A stretch of 60,298 bases of DNA, the filler included, from Hausera hauseri (taxonomy: Eukaryota), in the NCBI GenBank assembly GCA_046269625.1. It is 10 parts of 10 records of this genome, joined end to end, with 100 filler letters (N's around TTAATTAATTAA, not from the genome) between each part and the next. Parts side by side here need not be neighbours in the genome. Positions count along the whole stretch, not along the records: positions 48,240 to 53,636 come from JBJURY010262621.1; positions 53,737 to 60,298 come from JBJURY010086657.1; 8 more parts are not named here. One strand, written 5' to 3'. The position numbers and the translations under genes are program-made. The number at the start of each line of letters is the position of its first letter. Positions within the stretch are counted from its first letter, which is position 1. Shown here piece by piece: positions 49,000 through 60,298 of this stretch. Below the pieces are notes generated by a model. The model worked only from the letters and a program-made list of their open reading frames with translations. It did no database searches and was not told the DNA's origin.

Positions 49000-50330
49000 A
49001 AATTTTTGATTTTTGCTCAAATAGACCTTTTTCTTCGATTGCGACCAAATATTTTTCATGTTGCTGAAACATACGACACAGAACTTCTCGATTTCGTTGG
49101 AATGGCCATTGAAAAATGTCATGGAGTATGTGAAAGTACGTGGCAATTTGACTATAATGGAATTAATCCATCCCTTGACTATATGGAAAAGAAACTAGAC
49201 CCAATCGTAATGCAAACTAAAAAACCATCTCATGGTTTTCTCGATCACTACTCGCAGTTACCTGAAATAAGAGACATTCATCGACCAAATTTCAACTCAG
49301 TCAGTGCTCCAAGATCTGCTAGAACTGTAGGCAGTTCATAATTTGATTCAGGGGATTCTTTTAACATTACACCGCGCTCACAACTACCTCGAAGTATCAG
49401 TGCTGATACATTAACATCTATGAAGTTTGAATCGGATTTCCAGTTGGATCGTTGTCTTCACAAACTCCGGTACCCGGGCATTAAAAATATTCAGGAATAG
49501 AATTCTCGATATACAATCAGCTATAATATGCTTGAATTCTCCGGAAATGACGACAATGCCTCAACCAAAACGAGTGTTACATTGAACGACAAACTTGCGA
49601 AAATGGTTCAGTCCAACCCTGTGCCCGATTTATTATCATTATCCAATTCTGGAATCATTATGGATGACTTAGATAAAATAGCAAATTTCGAAAAACTCGA
49701 ATACTTTACATCGTCGCTTGAATCCATCCAGGTAAGCTCACGAATGCTTCGGTCTTGTTCATCTTCACTCGAAGAAGTTCTGACAATTATTTCTGACAGT
49801 CACCAAGTAAAAAAGGAAGATGAGTTACATCCATTGCGGCCTCCATCGCTGACAACATCAATCATGTAATTGCAGAGTATTATAACAATCGATGACAATG
49901 TTTCACCAAAAAATTCGTATATGGCTTTGAAAATGGTTGCCAATTATTACAGAAATCCAAAACTAACTAGACATGCTGTTGTTGGTCATCTCCCTGAAAC
50001 GTTCTTTGGGAAATTTGGACGTATGATACAAAATCAAATTCACATTAATATGATTTTCTCAAATATTCTGCTCACTCTTATGTCATATCCTCACCCGCTG
50101 TTGCACAATTATTTGGTTGGCTTTGCCAGGACTTGGCAGACGGCGTTGGTTCACCTTACTTTGCTTTTAAATCATACAGTTGAAATTCGCAGGATGCAAA
50201 ATAAAAACCAACATATCAAAAAGTGATGACAAATATTTTCAGATACTCGATATCGATGCTACACAAACTCTAGAGACGACTTCATTTATCGGCAGAGAAA
50301 ATTATTTCATGGAGCAATGAACCTGAAACT
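49000..50330 (+). pseudogene. FHIP/FAM160-family fragment, intronless and disrupted
   Basis: 'IEKCHGVCESTWQFDYNG' and 'GHLPETFFGKFGRMIQNQIHINMIFSNILLTLMSYPHPLLHNYL' resemble the FAM160A 'C..AC..W...YDG' and 'GPFL..LF.KLE.M..N...VN..LT......A.YPQPLLRSFL' blocks. Confidence 0.65.
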
Positions 50331-50439
50331 GCCGTAATCGTTGAGGCCGACTCATCGCCAATGGAATACGCGAACAATCCGTCATTGGTCCGTAAAATGG
50401 ACTTGTTGCGTAGTGAACATGGAGTGACAGATGAGGAGA

Positions 50440-52220
50440 CTACATGCGGAGACCGCGGCTACCCCGAAATTTGCGACCCTCCGCGGCGAGGCTAAAGCCC
50501 CGGCCGCCCATCCTATTCGCTGCCGCACCATGACACGCTCCCGGTTGCACGACCTCTCAATATTTCCTTTTCTTTTTTCTAAATAACAAACATGTTTGGA
50601 CAAATGCAGTTACACACCTAAACACTATAGCTATCTACAACTTCATCTCCACTTCTCTTCGCTCACCTGACTTATATCTCACACACCACGGCTCCACGTT
50701 ACCTCTCGTTGGGACCCTGAAATCTTCTTCATCTAATATCTATCTTCACATACACTTTTGCATCCGCGGTGGCATGGATTCATCACCCACTATTGATACC
50801 ACGGACAAACCCACCAAACCACCGATCTCCATCACTTACCTACCAAAACAAAGTGCTTCAAACACTCCGACACAGCACACATTCCCCGCTCATTCACCCT
50901 GCACAGAATAATTCCTCGACAGCCAAAATTCTACCCAAACATGGCTAAAACTGCATCAATTCTGGCTACAATTACGAAACGTCGTCGACCCATTATCCAA
51001 AGCCAACAGCATGTTTTTTGATTTAAATGCTTTTATCAAAACCAAAATTACAAACATCATCGACATCCTTCACAACACCGATCCATATGCTCAACTTCAT
51101 AATTCCGTTCTTAAGCTTACTGAACCATCAATCGACTCTATCATTCAAAGGTTCCTCAATGACAACGCCATGGGCCTACAGAAGCCTTCTGAATTCTTGC
51201 GAACATCTTTGTCTCACCTTAATACCCTTGGCGTAACATCTGGGCATAGTCTAGAACTTCTTCGTCGTTACTTTTTAAACGCACTGGAAAAGTTAGCCGA
51301 ACTGGCGGACAAAGCCTATGAAGTGCTGCACTCACACACAGCAACAACTGTCTCTGCGGCATTAACAACAAACCACCAACAACAAAATGCAGTTCTGCAG
51401 CAACAAATTGCGCAATTACGCACAGGCAACGAAATTTTGCAAAAACAATTAATAACATAAACGAGAAACTAAATGAGTTAACGCTGCCTCGACGAGGTTT
51501 TTCTAGGGCTGTTTCCCCTAATGTATTTCATCAACGACAAGGACGGTCGACTTCCTTCGGGCGGTAGTCTATTTGCTACTATCACAACAAATTTGGTAAC
51601 AATGCTCAGAAATGCTGCATCGGTTGTAAATTTTACTCCACTAATTTTAATACAAGCAATATCGTTTGCATCTATCACGCAAAATTTGGAACAAAAGCAC
51701 AAAAATACCTACCTGGCTGTAACTACAACACGCACAATAAAATCAACACTACTAAATTCACACAAAATGGCAGGCCAAACTCACCAGCTACAAAAAACTA
51801 ATTTCGCCGCTAGGACACACGGCAAGTTCTAGCGAAGGCAACAACCTACAAAAAGATAGCCAACACATTTCTTTGGCTGTATTCACGTTTGAAGCAGCAG
51901 TCGTCACTCAAACAAAGCAAAACATTAATTTTTTTATAGACAGCGGCGCAGCAATCTCTTTACTACCACAAACACAGCACATCCAAAACAATTTCACTTC
52001 AAAAAGCAACTGTTCACTGCGTCCGGTGAACCTTTACAAACTTTTAGTGTTACTAAATTAACTTTTACACTTCAAAATTTTCCAAACACATTTACAACGA
52101 AATTTACAGTAGCCAATGTACGCACACCTATATTGGGTCCAGACTTTCTTTCCCACTACAATTTACTTGTAGACTGCAAACGATGTTCCTTAAAGAGCAG
52201 AAATAATTTTAATCAAATTA
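50440..52220 (+). mobile_element. CsRn1-like gypsy leader - gag (two CHCC-type boxes) - protease
   Basis: gag from ATG 50774 with DPYAQL and MGLQKPSEFLR; CYYHNKFGNNAQKCCIGC and CIYHAKFGTKAQKYLPGC (~51575-51725); FFIDSGAAISLLP; VANVRTPILGPDFLSHYNLLVDC. Confidence 0.85.
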
Positions 52221-52399
52221 GCAGCATTTCGGTGACCACCCGGGCGATCGCTTCCAGCAAGTCAATACTAAAGGAAACTGTGGTGCCCGCGCCGATCGTC
52301 GTCCTCCGGCCCATTCTGCTGGGCACGGCCGGGTTTTCCGTTGCCGACGCGTCGAGCACATAGGCAGGCCCCGATTTTCTTTACTAAAAATGTTAACAT

Positions 52400-53500
52400 T
52401 TTTGCAAACAAATCCAAATTACCTGATATACATTTCGTTAATATTCGACTTTATGACAATGATCCTATCAGTCAACGGCCTCATCATGAATATATTTTCC
52501 AGCATAACATGATGACGGGTAATTTCAATGAAATCTCAACGTCTGTCACTTTAGTCACTGATTTAATTACCGAAATTAAGTCAAATCTACGGAATGTGAA
52601 AATCGTATTTTTCCCATCACAGATAGTTAAAAGAAAATCCGACGATTCATGGGCTTGATCCGTGAAATACTAAGTTCACAGATAACTGAGCTTCCATCAA
52701 ACCATTTAAAACAAAATAACTCTAGTCGATTGTCAGTTTATTCAGATATTTATCAGAAGTCCATCAAAACTTCATTTTCAGACGTAAAAATTGATGGAAA
52801 GGAAAATATTGTTAGTAAAAGATGTAAAACTCAGAACGATGACAATGAAATATACAGAGCACCTCTGTACAACAACAAGGAGGAAAACAGTATGGCTAGT
52901 GACAATTTTTTAAATCAATCCGATATATCAGTCAACCGAGTTCATTCCGATTTATCAGTCAATCGAATTCAATCCGATTATACTCCTGAAACAAATATGG
53001 AAATGGGATTTTCTAATAAAACGATTAAACCATATTTCCTCGAAACAAACTTTATTAATAACCTTTTGCGACCTCCGATTCACGACAATTCCAGATAGCG
53101 TCGATTACACTATTTAAATAAAGAGTGAATTGAATAAATTGGAGATTAAGAAAAATGAGGCTGAATTACTTGAAGATATCACGGATTACATTTGAGATTT
53201 ATCGAAGTCCATGGGTTTTGTTTCCTAGAATATTCAGAAAACGTGTGCTCCCTGAAATAACCGATGAAATGAAGGAAATGGTCAGATGTTGGGTTTATAC
53301 GGAGAGACAAGATACTGTTGCGATGGAGGCATTTAATTTATCGGTTATAGTTACGGATCTGATTTCATTGCAACCTAAACAGTGGCTGACGGATAATGTT
53401 ATAAATTTCTATTTGGAACTTATATATGAACAAATTAACAGTTCTACCGATAAACTAAATTTGCAGATTTTAATAACTTTCTTTTATACAAAATTGGTGC
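52400..53500 (+). pseudogene. SENP/Ulp1 SUMO protease fragment (N-terminal region and start of the C48 domain)
   Basis: LPEITDEMKEMV...QDTVAMEAFNLSVIVTDLISLQPKQWLTDNVINFYLELI...TFFYTKL. Catalytic residues are absent because of truncation. Assignment of the upstream part is less certain. Confidence 0.75.
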
Positions 53501-54552
53501 CTCATATTATTCAGGATACTCTGTATTGTTCTGGCGAATGTCAAAACGAGTTTGGGCTATGTTGAATTATGGTGTGGTGTGTTGTCAAATGCTACATATG
53601 TACAGGGATTAGACCTTTGTTTTGATGTATTAAATTNNNNNNNNNNNNNNNNNNNNNNNNNNNNNNNNNNNNNNNNNNNNTTAATTAATTAANNNNNNNN
53701 NNNNNNNNNNNNNNNNNNNNNNNNNNNNNNNNNNNNTATGCTTCGTGTTCCACCACTGGATTAACATGTCCGACAGACTTGTTTCGGAGTCCCAATTGGG
53801 ACGAGTAAACAGATTTTGCACAAGACATGTAAGATTGGGTACAAATGACGGATGCTTGTCTTATATATTTTCATGGTTTGCAAACAAGTTTTGACATGTT
53901 TGTCTGATGCAATGTTTGATCCTCCCAAAGTTGGAAATAATTTCTTCTGTTTCCAGGACGCACTATGAGGATGTGTTGAATGGTCATGTTCCCCTTTTCT
54001 GCTTTTCTGAAATTTAAAAAAAAATTGTTTCGTTTCTTTTTCCATTTTTACCTACTGATGTAGTAGCACAATTCGGGAAATTAAAGATAGGCAGGGTTGG
54101 TAGAAACAGCTACACCTGCAAACATACAAACCGGGAGATGGTGAATGCAATCATAAATGGAAAGTCAGTAAGCACATTTCCGTGGTGAACAAAAAACAGC
54201 AAAAAGCACCGAGATATACGTTTGCGTCACATGACAACTGGAGTCGGTCAAGGAAAAAAGTGTGGTGACACAAGACAATGGAGCTAGTCAGTCAGACAGT
54301 GGTGCGACACAAGACAAAGACAGTTGGCCATACAGATTCGCCATAGAGTTGGCCAGACCGAGGTTGATCCAGAAGTCGTGGAGTTGTTGATGCAATTGAT
54401 CACTCAGTTTGCCAGAAATTTTCCTTCTGCCCATATCGCCATCGAGTTGTCATCCCTTTATAATGCCATCCACGTTATTAATAACTTCCTTTTAATAACA
54501 TCATCGAATTTAAATAACTTGAATTTTAGATTAATTTAATTCAATTTATTTC

Positions 54553-54750
54553 AATGGAATTTTAGATGAATTGCAAGAAAAGAAACTTGGTCAAGAAGGA
54601 TCGCAGACAATCCTAAATTTTATCAACAAAACATCAGGAGAAGGCAACGTATCTATAGGATGGAAAACAGCCAACATTATACCCATTCTCAAAAGAGACA
54701 AACCACCTGGTGAAATGAATAGCTACCGGCCTATCTCCCTAACATCCAGT
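54553..54750 (+). mobile_element. Non-LTR retrotransposon RT N-terminal fragment
   Basis: WKTANIIPILKRDKPPGEMNSYRPISLTS. Confidence 0.85.
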
Positions 54751-56472
54751 ATTGGGTGGGCAATATATATGTGGGCACTCATGCAACCCATGCCAACAGA
54801 TTTTCCCATAAGTAGAACTAGTTACGATAATTTCAGCACCAAGAAGTTTAGTTACTACACCCAACAGAGTATGGAATGGTTATCTTGGGTTATCTTGGGT
54901 TTCGCATATTAATAACGTTAGTTTAAGAACACAGTACAACGGTCGCGAGAAACGTTTAGGTCTCAATGGTTATAGCGTAGATGGGTGGGATAAAGAATCG
55001 CGAACGGCTTACCAATTTCATGGGTGTAAGTTTCACCGCCATCCCGATTGCCGACTCACCCGTGGTAAGACCGTTAACTCCGTCAACAACAAACCATTGA
55101 TGGAGTTGTACGAGAAAACTCAAAATTCGAGAGCAGCTAGAGAAGGAAGCTAATGAAGTCGTGGAGATGTGGGAATGAAACTGGCAGGATCTGAAAGAAT
55201 CGGAGCCTACGATCATGGGCTTTCTCAGTACAACGCCTTTCTATGGGCGTTCTGCCTTCCAACATCCACCAACCGAAAAGCAGATTCTCACGGCGATTGA
55301 GAAAGGTACATTTTTTGGATTGGTAGAGTGTGGCATAAAGGTCCCCGAAAAGTTGGAAGCTCATTTCTTTGAAATGACGCCAATTTTCAAAAACGTTGAC
55401 GTCTCTAGGGACGATATCTGGGATTTTATGCGCGAGCACCTATCAAAAACAAGCTCTTGACGCGTCCACGTCGTACACTGGTAGGAAGTTACAAGGATGA
55501 AAAGATCCTTCTTGCCACACCGTTGTTAAAATGGTATCTGTTACAAGGCCTGGAAGTTACGAAAATCTACCAGATTATCGAATACCGCCCAATGGCTTGC
55601 TTCCAAACGTTTGGTGAAAGCGTCACGAATGCTCGGCGCAAGGGGGATCTGGACGACATGTACTCCATCACGATGAAATTGTTGGGGAATGCCGCTTATG
55701 GAAAGATCCTAGCAAACAAAGCCAAACATACAAAGGTGGCTTATTGTTCTGGTGAAGCTTCTTCGCTCTTTGTAAATAATCCTCGGTTTAAAAAGATGAC
55801 CGAGATTAACGAGGTCAAACTGTTTAAGGATAAAGTTGTTTGGGATATCCCTCTCCAAATAGGTTTTTCGTGTACCAGTACGCGAAATTGCGAATGTTAG
55901 CTTTTTATTATGATTTTATAGACGTTTATATAGATAGGTCAATTGTATGAGATGGATACCGATAGTCTTTATTTGGCCTTAAGTAAAGAGACTTAGCTGA
56001 CGCAGTCAAACCACAGGAGAGAAAGAATTTTTTTAGTACGTCCGACTCGTGGTTCCCAGCAAAGGCTTGTTCCGACCATACGTCGGAATTTATTCGTAAG
56101 GAGGATAAGGGGGTAGTAGATTGTCAGGCCTGTAGGGATAGACCGTTAAAAGATAAAAGAACTCCAGGGCTTTTTACGTTAGAGTACTCGGGTCGAGGGA
56201 TGATATCACACTGTCCCAAGACTTACTTCTGTTATGGCGACCACGACAAAATCAGCACAAAAGGATTAACAAAGGGACACAAAACATTAGATAAGGAAAC
56301 AATTTTGTCAGTTTTAGAAAAAGAAAAACCACAGGGAGGGACAAATATAGGTTTTAAAATACACAAAACATCGATTTACACTTACACCCAACATAGAAAG
56401 TCACTTTCATATTTATACATTAAAAGGCAGGTTCAGTCAGACAATGTTACTACACTTCCACTAAAAATTTAG
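54751..56472 (+). pseudogene. Polinton/Maverick protein-primed DNA polymerase B (type with an inserted Vsr-like FHGC..H segment), disrupted
   Basis: YMWALMQPMPT, VDGWD..SRTAYQFHGCKFH, EMTPIFKN, ILLATPLLKWYL..GLEVT, MKLLGNAAYGK, YEMDTDS, KRTPGLF.LE, KTYFCYG, STKGL, YTYTQ.RKSLSYLY.KR.V..D...T.PL.I*. Confidence 0.92.
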
Positions 56473-56936
56473 ACACTAGTTCTGGTAGCCCCTTTAATGT
56501 ATATGCCGTATTTTTGTACAGTTTGTAAATTGTAAAAAGTCAGTATTTTGTTAATTTTTTTCTATTGCCATTCAGTATTTTTTTATACATGTTCAAATGT
56601 ATATTTGTAAATATGTTCAAAGGCTGTGTTTTGAATATGCATTTTGTTGTACTGTTTTATGTCTCATACGACTTTTGTAATAAAAAGGGAAAATAAATCA
56701 TTTCAATGTATAAATTCTATGCGTCTGTTATTTATGTTGTCTTGTATGTTTTTATGTTTAATATTATATNNNNNNNNNNNNNNNNNNNNNNNNNNNNNNN
56801 NNNNNNNNNNNNNNNNNNNNNNNNNNNNNNNNNNNNNNNNNNNNNNNNNNNNNNNNNNNNNNNNNNNNNNNNNNNNNNNNNNNNNNNNNNNNNNNNNNNN
56901 NNNNNNTCACCTTTGTTGATGAAGAAATACGCCCAC

Positions 56937-57300
56937 TGAAGGTCTTGATCAGTGTAAAATCTTGTAGGAAGTGATTAAATGCGTCCACTGAAGTACGACG
57001 GCTTCTCAATACTGTCACTTGGGCATTACTAGCTATGGGTCTGTTTGTCACTCATCGGAAGGTGTTGAGCACTAATATACAGTGATGATGATCCACCGGT
57101 CTGCCCCTTTCAAAGCTCCTACAACGTCGGAAGGTCTTGGGCACTAGTGATGATGGACACTGGCCCCTTTCAGATTCGTACAGCTTTGGCAGGTGTTGCT
57201 CACTAATGATGATGATCCAACGACTCAAAGTTAGTTGCTCCCCTCCTATTGAAGGTCTTGATCACGATCAACCGCTTGCCGCTCAGAGCTCCCAAAATCA
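56937..57300 (+). repeat. Degenerate ~60-70 bp minisatellite
   Basis: GAAGGT(C/G)TTG..CACTA..GATGATGAT-like units at ~56937, 57057, 57128, 57188 and 57250. Confidence 0.65.
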
Positions 57301-58169
57301 GAAGGATACATGATGACGTTACATTGATTATCAACCCCCGTCATCTTGCTCCTGACTTGGTTCCCACCCCCCCTTGCTCCCATTTTTTCTTCTTTACGTT
57401 ATAGTCTCCAACAAGCTTTTCTGCTTCCTACATCAGAAGGTCTCGCTCACGTTATACCGATGAACACGCCACCACGTTTTTCGTTTCTTCTTTGCACTAT
57501 AGAAACGCCACTAGAGTTTTTTTCTTCTTTGCGCTATATTAACGCCACCATAATTAACGCCACCAACGCCACCAGGCAAATGCGGGGGGTTTTGTACCTA
57601 TAATACTACTCTCGTAGTCTTACAATGGGTTCTTGGCACTCTGAAAAGGCAAATTTGGCTGAATGTAAAGTTCCGGTAGCATTTTGTGATGTCCTCCTTT
57701 ATATAATGCAATGTCAGTCCTCCTAGAGATGTGCCCCACAACCTATGGGGACCATGGCGATCATCATGCTTTTGGTCAAAACGAATTCTGTCTCCAGGGT
57801 GCACAACTGGGAGGTAGCATGAGGTCTTTACCACTGTGTTAATCCTGGTCCCGATCTAGTCAGAGCCAGGACCAACTTTCTGGCCAAGACCTCTAAACAC
57901 TTAAACGTAGAGCGTCCTGGAAACAGAAAAAATTCTGGCCGACGTTGGGAAGATCGTCATGGTCCCCAGTTGAGAGATGGATCACTTCTAGCAGACTAAG
58001 CTCTGCGCTAAAGCCTGGACGTTCCCCGTGCACCGTCCTAGACACCACTGGGACAGCAGGACTGCTCAACGCCACTACTCCAGACTAACAAGGCCTAAGA
58101 AGGGCTCATCCAGAAGAGCTGAAGCTCGGTGATGTGGATATCAAACAAAAAACAACAACAACACAAGCA

Positions 58170-58519
58170 ATAAAGAAAAAGATAGACTCATTCGAAACCA
58201 AGTGCTACAGAATTCGTAAGAACAGCATTGACTAAAAAGAGAGAGGAAAAAAAAAGTATACGCCAAGAACTAAACATCACGAACTGCAGGCTCATCAAAC
58301 ATGTCTCGAAAACTTAAATACTTTGGCCACGTTAAACAGCATGATTACGTGGACAGAATAGTAATGGAAGTTACTGTTCCTGGCACGAAAGGCACACGGC
58401 GACGCTGGACACAAAACTTGAATTTGAACATGACAGAGCCGGGCGAGCTAACTAGAGACAGAGACTTTTTCCGACTAGCTGTGATGCGGGCGACATCCTG
58501 CAAAGGACACGCCACATAA
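58170..58519 (+). mobile_element. RTE-clade LINE 3' fragment
   Basis: KIDSFETKCYR, KLKYFGHVKQH, IVME.TVPG.K..RRRW, RDRDFFR. Confidence 0.8.
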
Positions 58520-59139
58520 ATATAAATACATATAGACAAAGAGACAAATAGACGTGCGGGAGGAACGACAGACAAACAGGATATCTGGCAGAGAAACAGC
58601 CAAGCAATTAGGTAAGTTGGACGGTGTGATGGGTGGTTTTGTTTTTATTCTGTGAATAGTTGATACGTAGTTTGCTTGGAGACAGACAGACAGGCAGGCA
58701 GGCAGGTGTTTATAAAGAGAATTTAGACAACGTTAAAAAAAAACTATTGATTTGCAAAAGAAACCAATATTCGTTTTGTAGTTTTATTTCATGTTAAACT
58801 ATTGACAGTCCATGGTTACACTGAGGAAGACGTAGTCAGTTTACGGTTAGTTATTGGATGTTAAACAAGGGGCGATCCAGGTGCTTAATCAACCCCTCAT
58901 TGTCAAAATCTGGTTCTAAAATGAAAGAAACAAAAAACAAATAACAAACAGTGAAATAAATTATACTTCAACATTCGTAAATAATGTGGTTATTTCAAGA
59001 TAAACTTCATTTTTAAATACTTAATTATAGTCACCTATTGTTTCACTTTTTTAATATTAAAGGGACGTTTGCTTGTTGTGTCTTTTAGCATAATGAATAC
59101 AATTACCTATGCTATTTAAGTTTTTAAAGTGCCGGAATT

Positions 59140-60298
59140 GAGTGGCTTACAGAACATGTCATAATTGTATTTATAATGATAAAAACAGCGGTGTTTCTAT
59201 GTAAAATAGTCTATTCGCTCGAATCCAGAATTCAAGAAAACATCAAAGTGTTGCCAGTCTCGTTTATTTCAATAAAGTCGGAAATTTTGGCTTTTTTTCC
59301 GGAAAAAAAAACAAGCTGCGATCAACAATGGAACTCTGCAGTTTTTTTCCTGGAAGAGCCACAAGATTGCTTCCTTATTAGTTGTCACATCTTGAGAGTG
59401 CTTCTGTCTTATGTATCTTTATAATGACCACTGATTATCATGCTTCCGGCCTGCTTTCTTCTTTGTTAAAGAAGATGTTCTACTTTGTTAAACGGATGCA
59501 CAATGCATTTGGCACTTATCCGAGAATCATCTTTGAGCATGTCTACTGTGATCTGTCCTTCCTCATGACCTCTGTTGTTGCTGGATGGTAGAATGGTTTC
59601 TTCTATTTCTGTAGATGTAACTAGTGTCTTCACTTCTAGACTTTCATGAGCAATCGGTCTGTATTTCTATTAGTGGGTCTTCCCTGTTAAGCACTGTGTG
59701 AAAATAGTGAGCCCATTTGTTTTGCCTATATTCCTGTTTGACAAGTGTCCAGCCATTTCAGTTTTTGTTATTATTGAACTGTTAGAAATTTATTGGGCTA
59801 TTTTTCTTCATTCTTACAAGGTCCAGTGGTTTCTTTGTCTGCGGTCTCTTGAGCTTCTTGTGTCCTTTCCTCTATATATTTCATCCTGTCATTTCGGACA
59901 CGTCTCTTTACATTTATGCTCTTATCTTTGTAAACATTTTGTAGAATTTCCCTTCTGTAAAGACTGCTGTCTAACAGTAACAGTTGCATTTTATTTCTCG
60001 TCTTTCTTGTGTAAGTCTCCACGAATAGTCTCATATCGACTTCTTGTTTTTCCTTGTTTTATATCCAAGGTATGTCGCTGTTTGAAAAAAAAAACTGATT
60101 TATGTACTTCACTATTCAGGCTGTCTGTGTCTTCCTAGATATATCACTCAGAACATGATCGTTCCAAGGCAAAGCACTCTTGTTGCTGTGTCTTTTAGTA
60201 TCTGATGGTTTATCATCTCTGACACATTTTAATTTCATCTGGATTTTGCTAAGAACATGGTGATGGTCACTGTTTCCACTCGCTCCTTTTTATTGCTT
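59140..60298 (-). mobile_element. Decayed RTE-like LINE ORF (linker and RT start)
   Basis: Minus strand reads VKRRVRNDRMKYIEE..QEAQE, then ITVDMLK and 'GVIIKIHKTEALSRCDN*..SNLVALPGKK' (cf. RTE G.I.K.PKKGDL..C.NWRGI.LLS.PGK). Confidence 0.7.

Noticed and set aside
6122-53692. Regularly recurring TTAATTAATTAA as a biological repeat or recombination site
   Set aside because: It is always centred in exactly 44+44 Ns, so it is an assembly linker with stops in six frames.
58105-58145. Possible hammerhead ribozyme near the RTE fragment (CAGAAGAGC-TGAA-GCTC)
   Set aside because: The CUGANGA and GAAA core nucleotides are not intact.

Overview
AT-rich, repeat-dominated animal genomic DNA. It is not one locus: about ten 4-10 kb contigs are joined by artificial 100-bp spacers (44 N + TTAATTAATTAA + 44 N), so adjacency across spacers has no biological meaning. 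Most content is decayed mobile DNA: several Ty3/gypsy families, Polinton/Maverick pieces (AGTAGT-type TIRs, two different protein-primed PolB remnants), a Tc1 element, RTE and other LINE fragments, a foldback/MITE, a 7.6-kb (GAAC)n satellite and disrupted host-gene copies (PAXIP1, DGAT2/MOGAT, ITPR, TMTC3, FHIP/FAM160, SENP). Main observations: (1) two contigs are same-strand mosaics of intronless host-gene fragments and gypsy pieces joined at GC-rich PBS-like motifs without LTRs, suggesting serial template switching among co-packaged RNAs; (2) one mosaic lies between outward-facing Polinton ends that split one ITPR coding stretch with a 6-bp TSD, i.e. a circularly permuted target; (3) two gypsy families carry a chuvirus/gB-like envelope that appears to sit between gag and protease-pol in one polyprotein, one also with a ubiquitin-like domain; (4) the only long intact ORF is a membrane protein fused to a catalytically degenerate ISG20/REXO4-like exonuclease running into a PPT and LTR; (5) the giant satellite appears to have grown from a short microsatellite seed in an interspersed element. 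All calls come from manual translation and motif recognition, with no database searches. Boundaries of decayed elements are approximate.
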